Positions 20,406-29,889 of a DNA stretch of 64,000 nucleotides are shown piece by piece. The position numbers and the translations under genes are program-made. The notes beneath the pieces are model-generated. The model was not told the DNA's origin and ran no database searches. It saw only the letters and a list, made by a program, of their open reading frames with translations. Every line of letters starts with the position of its first letter. Positions within the stretch are counted from its first letter, which is position 1. The stretch comes from an uncultured Alphaproteobacteria bacterium (GTDB lineage: Bacteria > Pseudomonadota > Alphaproteobacteria > RF32 > CAG-239), in the NCBI GenBank assembly GCA_947630965.1, contig CANRJO010000001.1:5988-69987 (forward strand). The letters are read 5' to 3'.

Positions 20406-21188
20406 TTAATTGACAATATAAGATATCTGACCATAATCCACATCTAAGATGTCAATATTCAAGCCCTGAATTTCAATATGACACTCATCTAGTGGGAATG
20501 AGTATTGTTCAACCTCTAAGTCTTTATCAAAATTATCATCAAGCCAGACATAAGAGAAAGTCATTTCATTACCACTGATGCCGGTATAATATAACTCAAA
20601 GCCGTTAATTCTTTGTTCTGTTTGGATAGTTGTTTGCATCGCGGGCAAAATCCGCACATCTTCGGGTTCAATAAAGAAATAAGTGTCTAAAATGGCAAGA
20701 CGGTCGCCTTTCATTCTGCCAATATGGTTAAAAATGCGTCCCTGACCGTCTATAAGCAAAATATCACCTCTATCACCTTGTTGGACAAGCATATACCGCT
20801 CTTTACCTAACTGAACTTCGCCAAACGGTGTGAAAACATCATCCCGATGAATGTAAAAAGGCGAGTAACTGGAGCTCAAAACAGCATTTTTCGTGGCTTT
20901 CAAAACTTCGGTTTCCAAAGTATTGTAAACATCTGTTTTGCTTGAAACCATCAATGCCCCGGTGCGGGTTGTTTTGGCAATGCCGCGGTCAACATCATCA
21001 AATGTAACTTCCTCTACGCCCACCAGATAACCTGAATATTCATCGCTATCAATATAATAATCAACCTTTTGGTCTTTCCATGACGAAAAGAATTGATTTT
21101 TGGGTTTCATAAGTCTAATATCACCGCCATAAACGCAAGCTGTTAAAAAACAAAGTGTCGCAAGTAAAGAAATTTTTTTCATGGACAT
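20406..21188 (-). CDS. Hypothetical lipoprotein
   Basis: Lipobox LLATLCFLTAC. 260 aa with no recognisable domain. Confidence 0.45.
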   Translation of the reverse strand: MSMKKISLLATLCFLTACVYGGDIRLMKPKNQFFSSWKDQKVDYYIDSDEYSGYLVGVEEVTFDDVDRGIAKTTRTGALMVSSKTDVYNTLETEVLKATKNAVLSSSYSPFYIHRDDVFTPFGEVQLGKERYMLVQQGDRGDILLIDGQGRIFNHIGRMKGDRLAILDTYFFIEPEDVRILPAMQTTIQTEQRINGFELYYTGISGNEMTFSYVWLDDNFDKDLEVEQYSFPLDECHIEIQGLNIDILDVDYGQISYIVN

Positions 21189-21261
21189 AATCTCTTGATA
21201 AAGGTTTAAACAAAAACATACCTATGTTATAACTTGATTTGGTAAACAAAAAGATAACGAA

Positions 21262-22125
21262 ATGAAAAACACATGTAATTTAATTAAATTTATCCCCACA
21301 AAAAATATGCCCGAAGAAATTATTGCTTTTTTGGAGCAAAATTTTGCGGTTGTTAGCATTGATTACAAAGAAAACGGCAAAGAACAATACGTTTGTTATG
21401 CCCAAAAAGGGTTTAACAAAAGAGCTTTTGAGGCAAAAGCCGCAAAGCAAGGGCTAACTTTGCCAAGCTTTACAATAGAAGAGTTAAAGGAAGAAGAGTG
21501 GCTAGACCCTTCAACGGGCGGTTTTGAGCCGATGGAAACAAAAATGTTTTGCATTGCAAGCGCCTTATTGCCACCACCAACAACAAATAAAATTTTATTA
21601 AGCATAAACGCCGCCTCAGCGTTTGGTTCCACGCACCCGACCACGCAAATGTGTTTGCAAAGCATGGAAGATCTTTTTTCTCAAAACTTTATCCCGAAAG
21701 CGGTTTTGGATATGGGCACGGGTTCGGGCATATTAGCGTTGGCAGCAGAAAAGCTTTGGCAAAAGGAAAAAGCGAGGATTGTGGCAGTTGATATCGATTC
21801 GCAGGCCACACGTTCAGCAAGGGAAAATTTTAAGAAAAACGGTGCCAAAATTAAAGTGGCGCACGGAGATGGTTTTAAAACACAACAAGTGGTGCAAAAC
21901 ATGCCGTATGATCTTATCCTTGCTAACATTTTGGCGCGCCCCTTGCGTGAAATGGCGCCGGCTTTGTATGCATGCTTAAATGCGGGAGGTAAGGCGGTCT
22001 TATCAGGCTTTGTGGATAATCAGGTGGAATGGGTGGCGGAAGTTTATGAGCCGCTTGGTATGAAAATTTTAAGAATTTATGATGTAAATAATTGGCATGC
22101 TATTTTAATGGAGAAAACAAGATGA
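21262..22125 (+). CDS. prmA: Ribosomal protein L11 methyltransferase
   Basis: 287 aa. SAM-binding VLDMGTGSGILA. PrmA family architecture. Confidence 0.82.
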   Translation: MKNTCNLIKFIPTKNMPEEIIAFLEQNFAVVSIDYKENGKEQYVCYAQKGFNKRAFEAKAAKQGLTLPSFTIEELKEEEWLDPSTGGFEPMETKMFCIASALLPPPTTNKILLSINAASAFGSTHPTTQMCLQSMEDLFSQNFIPKAVLDMGTGSGILALAAEKLWQKEKARIVAVDIDSQATRSARENFKKNGAKIKVAHGDGFKTQQVVQNMPYDLILANILARPLREMAPALYACLNAGGKAVLSGFVDNQVEWVAEVYEPLGMKILRIYDVNNWHAILMEKTR

Positions 22126-23795
22126 CCTTAAAGGAATTTCAAAAGAAACTCAAAGATAACGCCATTAAAGCCTTTCTTGTGACGCATGACAATATGTTTT
22201 TGGGGCAGGATATTTTAGAATCTGAAAACAAAATTTTAGAGCTCACAGGTTTTACGGGCTCGGCGGGCATACTTCTTGTGACGCCCTCAAAAGCTTGGCT
22301 TTTGGTGGATGGTCGTTATGCCATTCAAGCGCGTCTTGAAACAGATCCAAAAAAAATAACGGTTATAGAAAGCAAAAGCTTTACGGTAGATGTTGTTGTG
22401 CTTTGCGTAAAATATAAAATTAGCACGCTTTGTTATAATCCATGGTGTATATCAGTCTCAGATGTCAACTTTTATGCGCCCAAAATAACCCTCAAACCCG
22501 TTGAAAACATTTTGCCCTGTACGATTGTGCCACCTGCAAAAGTTTATCAACACGCCCTAAAATATACCCAACTAAGCGCGAAGGAAAAATGTGAAACCGT
22601 TGCAAAATCTTTGCTTCAAGGGGCGGATGCTTTGCTTATTTGTGCGGCTGATGATGTTTCGTGGCTATGCAATTTGCGTTCGGTTTTGCTTCCCTATACA
22701 CCCGTTTTAAGAGCTTACGCTTTGTTAAACCGCCAAGGCGGCATTCAGCTTTTTGCCGATGATGTTAAGGGGTTTGGCATAATATTGCCGATGAAAGCGC
22801 TTCCAAAAGTCTTGGAAAAATATAAAGGCAAAACCGTTTTATATAACGCTGATACCACGCCCCAGAAAATGCTAGACATGGTCCAAGGTATAAATTTTAA
22901 ACGATTGTTTTTTAATACGCTTTTAGATATGAAAGCCTCAAAAAACAAAACGGAGTTGAAAGGTTATCGGGATGCGCATTTAGAAGATGGCATCGCGGTG
23001 ACCAAATTTTTATATTGGCTTCATCAACAAAAAGGGAAGGTCTCCGAGCTTGATGTGGTTAAAAAACTTCATGAATTTCGTGCAAGCCGAAAGTTGTTTG
23101 TATCGGAAAGTTTTGCAACCATTGCTGCTGCAGGGGCACACGCCGCCATTGTGCATTATCAGCCGACCGAAGAAACCAATATACCATTAAAGAAAAATTC
23201 GGTGTTGCTTTTAGATAGCGGCGGGCAATATTTAAACGGCACCACCGATGTGACGCGTACAATTGCTATTGGCGAGCCCTCAAAACAGATGATAAATGAT
23301 TTCACACTGGTTTTAAAAGCGCATTTGAGGCTTATTTCAGCGGTTTTCCCTGAAAATACGTCAGGGCAGGCGCTTGATACATTAGCACGCTCTGTTTTGT
23401 GGCAAGAGGGCAAAGATTATAGCCACGGTACAGGGCATGGCGTGGGGCATTTCTTAAATGTGCATGAAGGACCTTTCGGCATGAAGGTAAGAACAACATC
23501 GCACATCAAGGCGGATTATGTTACATCGGTTGAACCGGGATATTACTTGGAAAACAAATACGGCATCCGCATTGAAAACTTGGTTTATAGTGTGCCTGCC
23601 AAGCAAAAAGGCTTTTTGAAATTTGAGAACCTAACCTTAATTCCTATTGATAAAACGCTCATTAATCCATACCTCTTAAGCGTCGGGGAACGGGATGCAC
23701 TAAACAATTATCACCAAAGAGTGTGGCATTGTTTAGCGCCTTATATGGATAAAAATGAAGCCAAATGGTTGAAAGCTGCCTGTTCCCCGCTTTAA
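22122..23795 (+). CDS. pepP: Xaa-Pro aminopeptidase (aminopeptidase P, M24B)
   Basis: Start at MTLKEF (ATGA overlap with prmA). Creatinase N-terminal domain plus the M24 metal ligands HGTGHGVGHFLNVHE and EPGYY. Confidence 0.82.
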   Translation: MTLKEFQKKLKDNAIKAFLVTHDNMFLGQDILESENKILELTGFTGSAGILLVTPSKAWLLVDGRYAIQARLETDPKKITVIESKSFTVDVVVLCVKYKISTLCYNPWCISVSDVNFYAPKITLKPVENILPCTIVPPAKVYQHALKYTQLSAKEKCETVAKSLLQGADALLICAADDVSWLCNLRSVLLPYTPVLRAYALLNRQGGIQLFADDVKGFGIILPMKALPKVLEKYKGKTVLYNADTTPQKMLDMVQGINFKRLFFNTLLDMKASKNKTELKGYRDAHLEDGIAVTKFLYWLHQQKGKVSELDVVKKLHEFRASRKLFVSESFATIAAAGAHAAIVHYQPTEETNIPLKKNSVLLLDSGGQYLNGTTDVTRTIAIGEPSKQMINDFTLVLKAHLRLISAVFPENTSGQALDTLARSVLWQEGKDYSHGTGHGVGHFLNVHEGPFGMKVRTTSHIKADYVTSVEPGYYLENKYGIRIENLVYSVPAKQKGFLKFENLTLIPIDKTLINPYLLSVGERDALNNYHQRVWHCLAPYMDKNEAKWLKAACSPL

Positions 23796-23812
23796 TCATA
23801 AAGGGGGAGAAC

Positions 23813-24268
23813 ATGAAACAGCTTATGTTGGTTGCCATTTTGGTTGCCACAGCATATTTAGCGGTATGGGCGCAGCCGGCGTTTGAAGGCAATGTTCCGG
23901 CGTCCGAGCCTTTAGAGGAATATTTTGCCGAACAGGACGGCAATGAAAACAAATCCATCATTTATATATTCTACAATGGTGATGCTTGTTATCAATGCCC
24001 GGAAACAATAGCCTTAACTGAGCAGATTTATAACCGGTATTATAACGGCAAATACAGCCTTTTTGTGATAGATTATGAAGACGATGAAGAATATGATTTC
24101 ATCAGCGCCTACAACTTAAATGCGCCACTTTCAATCGTGCTTGTTAAAATTGAACAGGGGCAAACTTTAGGTTACCAAAAAATAGCCAACCCACAATATT
24201 TAATCGAGTCGCCCGAGGATTATACCCAATATTTAACCGAGCGCATTAATGATTATTTAGGCAGCTGA
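23813..24268 (+). CDS. Secreted hypothetical protein
   Basis: Signal peptide MKQLMLVAILVATAYLAVWA after a GGGGAG RBS. Confidence 0.4.
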   Translation: MKQLMLVAILVATAYLAVWAQPAFEGNVPASEPLEEYFAEQDGNENKSIIYIFYNGDACYQCPETIALTEQIYNRYYNGKYSLFVIDYEDDEEYDFISAYNLNAPLSIVLVKIEQGQTLGYQKIANPQYLIESPEDYTQYLTERINDYLGS

Positions 24269-26713
24269 TTATTCGCTCATCACGCCGTGCGTTTCTTGCG
24301 CAAAGCGGACATAAGCCCGATAATAATCTTCAAGCTTGTCAGCAACAAGCCTGTTGACGGAATCTTTCGGATATTGCCCGTTTTTATCAGGTTTACCGGC
24401 CTTGACGCCTGTCAAAATTTCAATACCGTCATCAACGGTATCCACCGCCCAGATGTGGAACATGTTGTTTTCAACGGCTTCCACAATTTCTTCTTTGAGC
24501 ATCAGATTAGAGATATTGGTGCGCGGAATAATGACGCCTTGTTTACCAGTTAAGCCGTTATACTTGCAGACTTCAAAGAAACCTTCAATTTTTTCATTCA
24601 CGCCGCCAATCGGTTGAACCTCGCCGAACTGATTGATAGATCCCGTCACGGCAATGCTTTGCTTAATCGGTAATTCAGAAATGGCGGAAAGCAAACAATA
24701 ATACTCGGTGGAAGAGGCGCTGTCACCGTCCACGCCACCGTAAGATTGCTCAAACACAATGGAAGCAGAAAGGGAAAGCGGCCGGCGCTTGGCAAAGCGG
24801 TTGGAAAGGAGCGCTTGCAAAATCAACACGCCTTTGGTGTGTATCGGACCACTCATTTCAATTTCACGTTCAATATCCACAAACTCGCCACCGCCCATGC
24901 GAACTTGCGTTGTAATACGTGCAGGCTTGCCAAAGGAATTGCGCGAAAAATTATAAACGACCAAACCGTTAATTTGTCCCACGCGCTCGCCTTTCACGTC
25001 CATTAAAATCGTGCCTTTATCAATTTGCTCTAACATAGCTTTATTGATACGGTCCGAGCGATAAATTTGAGCATCAATGGCCTGAATGATATGATTTTTC
25101 CCAATCTGCTTGGCATTAGATTTACTTGCCCAATAATCTGCCTCACGCAACAGATCACCAATAGAGGTGATGTGCGCGGTAAGCTTTTCGGAATCATCTG
25201 CCAAACGCGAGGCATATTCAATCACTTTGGCAACGGCTTGCTTATTAAGCGAGCGCAGATTTTTCTTTTTAGAAAGCGAGCCGATAAGCTTGGCATATTC
25301 CAACTCATTTTCAGGTGTTCTGTCCATGACGGTGCCAAAATCGGCTTCCACTTTGAAATAATCCGAAAAGTCCGGATCTTTTTCGGACAGAAGCTCATAA
25401 AGATCTTCATCACCGGTCAAAATAACTTTTACATCTAAGGGGATTGGTTCAGGATCCAAAGAAATGGTTGTAAAGGTGGTTTCATCGCCGGGTGTTTCAA
25501 TTTTAATAGATTTTGAAGCAAGCGCCCGTTTTAATGAATCCCAAGAGAACGGTTGCAACAAAAGCTTACGGGCATCAATCAAAAGGAACCCGCCGTTAGC
25601 CTGATGTAAAGCGCCGGCTTTAATAAGGGTAAAGTCTGTGAGTAAGGCGCCGTACTGTTGAATGCGCTCCACCTTACCCACCAGATTACCTTGTGTCGGA
25701 TGATCAAGCAAAACAATCGGCGCGCCGGAATCAGGCACATTTTTCACCACCACGTTGACCTTGAATTTTGCCCACTTGTCCTCTTCATTTTTATTCATAC
25801 GGCTCAAAAGCAGGCTTAAAGGATCATCTTCAGAGGGTGTAGTGGCATTTTCAGAGGTTTGCGGCATAAAGTCATCAATCGAATCCAAAATATTTTTTTG
25901 AATGGATTTTAAAAATTCACATGCTTGTCGATAAGATTTATATTTTTTGCGGAGTTCATCAATCGGCGCACAAATAATATTTTTAGCAAGTTTTTTGCGC
26001 AGATTTTCGGTTTCTTCACGTTGTTGTTCTTCCCAACGGGGCATCTTTTGCGCCGTGCTTTCAATTTCAGCTTGCATCAAAGAAAGATCGGCATTAATTT
26101 TTTGCTTTTCTTTTTCTGAGAGCTGATCAAAAGCTTCAGGACTTAAAACTTCGCCGTCTTTAATGGGTGCCACGACAAGCCCGACAGGCATGTGCAGCAA
26201 TGAAACGCTTTTCCCTTTGGCTTTCTTTTGCAAAATTTTGATATAGTCATCTTTTTTGCTTTTGTATTTTTGGTTAATAATTTCAAGGGTTGTCTTATAT
26301 TCCTCGCTATCCATCACTTCCGGCAGAGCGGAACTCAAATTTTCAATCAGCTCATCAATATCTTTGGAAAAATCGGTGGCGGTGCCAGCAGCAAAATTTA
26401 TGGCAATCGGCTTATGAGGTTCTTCAAAATTATAAACATAGGCCCAATCATCGGGCGTTTTGCGAAGTTTGGCCTCTTTTTCCAAAATGCGCTTAACAAG
26501 GCTGATTTTCCCTGTACCTTCCGGGCCGAAACAAAACAAATTATACCCTTTGGATTTAATGTTAATGCCCAACTCTACGGCGCTGATGGCGCGGTCTTGC
26601 CCGAGTGCCGACAAACGTTCTTCCAAATCAGCGGTAGAGTTAAAGTCAAACTTGGAAGTATCGCATTTTTTATAAAGTTGTTTAGGCGATAATTTTGTAA
26701 TAGACATTTTCAA
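24269..26713 (-). CDS. Stand-alone Lon-like ATP-dependent protease (AAA_32-type ATPase + S16 Lon proteolytic domain)
   Basis: 814 aa. N-terminal P-loop FGPEGTGKIS, a long coiled-coil insert, and a C-terminal Lon protease domain (SYGGVDGDSASS with the catalytic Ser, and a KIEGFF Lys context). Confidence 0.78.
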   Translation of the reverse strand: MKMSITKLSPKQLYKKCDTSKFDFNSTADLEERLSALGQDRAISAVELGINIKSKGYNLFCFGPEGTGKISLVKRILEKEAKLRKTPDDWAYVYNFEEPHKPIAINFAAGTATDFSKDIDELIENLSSALPEVMDSEEYKTTLEIINQKYKSKKDDYIKILQKKAKGKSVSLLHMPVGLVVAPIKDGEVLSPEAFDQLSEKEKQKINADLSLMQAEIESTAQKMPRWEEQQREETENLRKKLAKNIICAPIDELRKKYKSYRQACEFLKSIQKNILDSIDDFMPQTSENATTPSEDDPLSLLLSRMNKNEEDKWAKFKVNVVVKNVPDSGAPIVLLDHPTQGNLVGKVERIQQYGALLTDFTLIKAGALHQANGGFLLIDARKLLLQPFSWDSLKRALASKSIKIETPGDETTFTTISLDPEPIPLDVKVILTGDEDLYELLSEKDPDFSDYFKVEADFGTVMDRTPENELEYAKLIGSLSKKKNLRSLNKQAVAKVIEYASRLADDSEKLTAHITSIGDLLREADYWASKSNAKQIGKNHIIQAIDAQIYRSDRINKAMLEQIDKGTILMDVKGERVGQINGLVVYNFSRNSFGKPARITTQVRMGGGEFVDIEREIEMSGPIHTKGVLILQALLSNRFAKRRPLSLSASIVFEQSYGGVDGDSASSTEYYCLLSAISELPIKQSIAVTGSINQFGEVQPIGGVNEKIEGFFEVCKYNGLTGKQGVIIPRTNISNLMLKEEIVEAVENNMFHIWAVDTVDDGIEILTGVKAGKPDKNGQYPKDSVNRLVADKLEDYYRAYVRFAQETHGVMSE

Positions 26714-26776
26714 GAATCCCTTTGCAATTATTTATATTTTTTATCATAATAATTTCCAAAGATAAATTTAGAGTAA

Positions 26777-27778
26777 ATGACAATGAAATATTTTATCATT
26801 TTTTTATGGTTGGCAGTCATGGCTTTTGTCTTGGGCAAAGCCTTGAGCGTGTATAGACGTTTAAGAAAAAAATTGCGCCAATCCGTCATTTTAAAGTTAA
26901 AAGAAAAGGGGCAGAGTGCGGAGTTTTTTTCAAATTATCTCTTTGAGCAAATTGCGGATATAATCTTTAAGGCGCCGCGTTCAACAAGAAAAAAACTTTT
27001 AGCCGACATACATAATGCTGAAAATAAAGAAATCTCGGCTTATTTAAAAACAAAAAATAAAGCTTTATATCAAGCCTTCAAAGGCAAATACATAATACCT
27101 GAAAAAACATCCGGAAAAGCGGGGCAATTTTTGGCAGCGTGGTATTTTTACAAAAGCGGTGCCGTTCATAAGCTTGAAAAAGCGCTTCAAAAAATTCCGG
27201 CACTTAAACTGACGGCTTTTGAAAAAAATTTGAAAAAAATTTTTGAAGCCGCACGCGCCATGTATGGTGGCGATCTCAAAAAAGCGGCGGAAAAGGCACA
27301 ATCTGCGGCAGATTGGTTTCATAAAAACAATTTTGTTGAAGAAGAGGCAGAAACAGCGCTTTTGCTGTGTGAAGTTTTCAGAATGGCGGGCATGGAAGAC
27401 GCTGCATATTTGTATACGGCGCATGCCAAGAACATTTATGAACAAAAAAACATTAAAACAGGCATAGCAAAAATCAAAGCCTTAAAAGGTGTTGAAGAGC
27501 GTCTTGTGCAAAATTTTGAAGCAGCAGAAAAATCTCTGAGCGAAGCCTTAAAAGTGGCAAGAAAGAATAAACAAGCTGTTCTGGAATGTCAAATTTTAAG
27601 TCAATTGTTGGCACTTTGTGCAGAGACAGGAAATAACAGAAAAAAAGCAACTTACTTAAAAAGCTTGCAACGGCAGGTTAAAAAAATTAATGATAAAGAT
27701 ATTGAAAAGCGCATTCAAAAACAATGCAAAGAGATGAAGAAAAAACGTTTAAATCATATGGGAAAGGGCAAAAGATGA
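26777..27778 (+). CDS. Membrane-anchored TPR-like hypothetical protein
   Basis: N-terminal TM MKYFIIFLWLAVMAFVLG. Helical-repeat (TPR-like) composition. Divergent from the Lon-like gene. Confidence 0.4.
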   Translation: MTMKYFIIFLWLAVMAFVLGKALSVYRRLRKKLRQSVILKLKEKGQSAEFFSNYLFEQIADIIFKAPRSTRKKLLADIHNAENKEISAYLKTKNKALYQAFKGKYIIPEKTSGKAGQFLAAWYFYKSGAVHKLEKALQKIPALKLTAFEKNLKKIFEAARAMYGGDLKKAAEKAQSAADWFHKNNFVEEEAETALLLCEVFRMAGMEDAAYLYTAHAKNIYEQKNIKTGIAKIKALKGVEERLVQNFEAAEKSLSEALKVARKNKQAVLECQILSQLLALCAETGNNRKKATYLKSLQRQVKKINDKDIEKRIQKQCKEMKKKRLNHMGKGKR

Positions 27779-28896
27779 ACATTATCAACATCGTGGAAAA
27801 TTTTTTGTTAAACCCGCAAAATTTGCATCTTTTACTTGCAATTTTGATGTTAATGCCGTTTACCCTTTTTGTAATTTTAACAAGCTTTTTCTCATGGATA
27901 AAGGGAAAAGATCATCAAGAAGAACCTGTCAGGAAAATACCTCCCGATTATAAAAATCTGGAAGACGAGCTTAAGCGCGAGCTTGATTCATATCAAAAAA
28001 AGCGCGCCGAGATTGAGGAAGAAAAAAGAAAAAAAGCCTTAGAAGCGGAAGAAAACCGGAAAAAGCGCGAAAAAACCATTAAGCAATCTGAAAATATGAT
28101 GGATAGCATCAAGGACTTTGCGTTTAATGAGAAAAGCGGGGAGTATGCGACTCTTTTTGCCCTGATTTTAGATCTCATTTCGCGCGACGTGCCCGCAACA
28201 AAAATTGCGCAAATTTTAAAATCTCGCTTTGCATTTATGAGCGAAGATGAGCCCTTAGAAACGGTTGCCGCCTTTGAGGATTTCATTGCTCAACTTCATA
28301 AAGATCAGGAAAATTCAGAAGAAAAATCTAAAAAAATATTAAAGTCTGTTGCCAATGGTGATGTTTCGTCGGTCTTGGAGTTTCTGCATGATAAAGCTAA
28401 GAAAATCACGAAGATTGCTGATACTGAAGCACAGCCCACATTAAAAAGCACGCTTTATGACCAAGTGGCGCAGTTGGCTTGTATTTATAGTATTTTTGCA
28501 CATTTTGAAGAAGATGCTCTGGCATATAAACCATTATCTTTGGCGCTGAAATTTTCGCCCTCAAATGTTGTGGCGTGGAATTTGCTTGGCAATTTTTATT
28601 TGCGGGAGCTTAAGGAAAAAGAGGCTTTTGATGCCTTTGAAAATGTTTTGCAATATGAGGCAGAAACGCCTTTCCAAAGCGCAAATGCGCACAAGTTTTT
28701 ATCATTAAAATCTTATAAAGAGGGGGATTTTTCGTCAGCTTTGAAACATTTTCAAATAGCGCATAATTTTTATGAAACGGTTAAAATAAACCACGAATTA
28801 AGCGCGGAAGACGCTCAAGCCTTGGATATCATTTTATTCCGCCAAAACGTTTCCGCGCTTGTAGATAAGCTTATGGCAAAACAGGGTGGCTATTAA
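27775..28896 (+). CDS. Membrane-anchored coiled-coil/TPR hypothetical protein
   Basis: Start MNIINIV overlaps the upstream stop (ATGA). TM segment, a charged coiled-coil (ELKRELDSYQKKRAEIEEEKRKK), and C-terminal TPR-like repeats. Confidence 0.4.
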   Translation: MNIINIVENFLLNPQNLHLLLAILMLMPFTLFVILTSFFSWIKGKDHQEEPVRKIPPDYKNLEDELKRELDSYQKKRAEIEEEKRKKALEAEENRKKREKTIKQSENMMDSIKDFAFNEKSGEYATLFALILDLISRDVPATKIAQILKSRFAFMSEDEPLETVAAFEDFIAQLHKDQENSEEKSKKILKSVANGDVSSVLEFLHDKAKKITKIADTEAQPTLKSTLYDQVAQLACIYSIFAHFEEDALAYKPLSLALKFSPSNVVAWNLLGNFYLRELKEKEAFDAFENVLQYEAETPFQSANAHKFLSLKSYKEGDFSSALKHFQIAHNFYETVKINHELSAEDAQALDIILFRQNVSALVDKLMAKQGGY

Positions 28897-29783
28897 ACCA
28901 AAATAGTGTCTAAAAGTTCTTTGGCATAAGCGCGCATTTTTTCGTCTTGCATCAATGTCAAACGCAAATTAGATTTTGCAAGATCTTCATTGGTGCCGCA
29001 ATCCAAACGGATAGCACTACACAAAACACCTGTGAGCGGAACGCCGCGTTGAGCCGCCAAATTCATGGCATCAGTGAGGTTAATTTCGCCATTGGACCCT
29101 TTTTGAACTTCCGGCAAAATATCCATAATCACATTGGGCAGAATGTAAGGACCCATACTGGCATAATTAGAGGGCACTTCTTCAAGCTTGGGTTTTTCAA
29201 CCAAGCCCTGCGCCTGAACGGTGCGACCATCGCGCACGGCACCAATAAGCGCGCCATAGCGCACCATTTGTTCGCGCGGAAATTCCATAATATTTTCCAC
29301 CATACCGCCGGTTTCTTTATACACATCACAAAGTTGTTTTAAAATGCCTTCACCGTGAAAATTGATATAAACATCATCAGGCCACATCACAATAAAATCG
29401 CGCTTGCCGACAATCTCTTTTGCCATCAGAATAGCATGCCCATTACCCAAAGGTTCTTTTTGCTCGGCAAAGGAAAATTTCATATCTTTCGGAATGATGT
29501 TTAACATAGATTGCAATAATTCATGCTTGCCTTTCTTTTGCAGATGTTCTTCCAACCAAGGATAGGGTGCAAAATATTTTTCAAACAAATGCTTACATGA
29601 TTGATCGCTGTAAATAAAGATAATTTCCTTAATCCCGATCTCGCGGCAACATTCAACGGCATATTGTATAATCGGCAGATTATTAAGCGTTAAAAAGCCT
29701 TTATGCAAAACTTTCGTTGCCGGCAAATTGCGTGTAGATAAACCCGCAACCGGTAAAATACAAACCTCTGGTTTTTGAAACAT
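28893..29783 (-). CDS. galU: UTP-glucose-1-phosphate uridylyltransferase
   Basis: N-terminal PVAGLSTR where GalU has PVAGLGTR. Nucleotidyltransferase fold. 296 aa. Confidence 0.82.
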   Translation of the reverse strand: MFQKPEVCILPVAGLSTRNLPATKVLHKGFLTLNNLPIIQYAVECCREIGIKEIIFIYSDQSCKHLFEKYFAPYPWLEEHLQKKGKHELLQSMLNIIPKDMKFSFAEQKEPLGNGHAILMAKEIVGKRDFIVMWPDDVYINFHGEGILKQLCDVYKETGGMVENIMEFPREQMVRYGALIGAVRDGRTVQAQGLVEKPKLEEVPSNYASMGPYILPNVIMDILPEVQKGSNGEINLTDAMNLAAQRGVPLTGVLCSAIRLDCGTNEDLAKSNLRLTLMQDEKMRAYAKELLDTILV

Positions 29784-29889
29784 ATAAAAAACTCCAAATA
29801 ATAATGTTAACCTTATACCGAAAATATATACTACTTTTTAGTTAAAACAAGTTTAATCAAATGAATTTTACATAACGTTTTATAGAAAA

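Noticed and set aside
24269-26713. Lon-like protease as the BrxL component of a BREX defence island
   Set aside because: No pglZ, brxC, methyltransferase or other BREX genes are within reach. Its neighbours are housekeeping genes (pepP, galU). It is treated as a stand-alone Lon-like protease.
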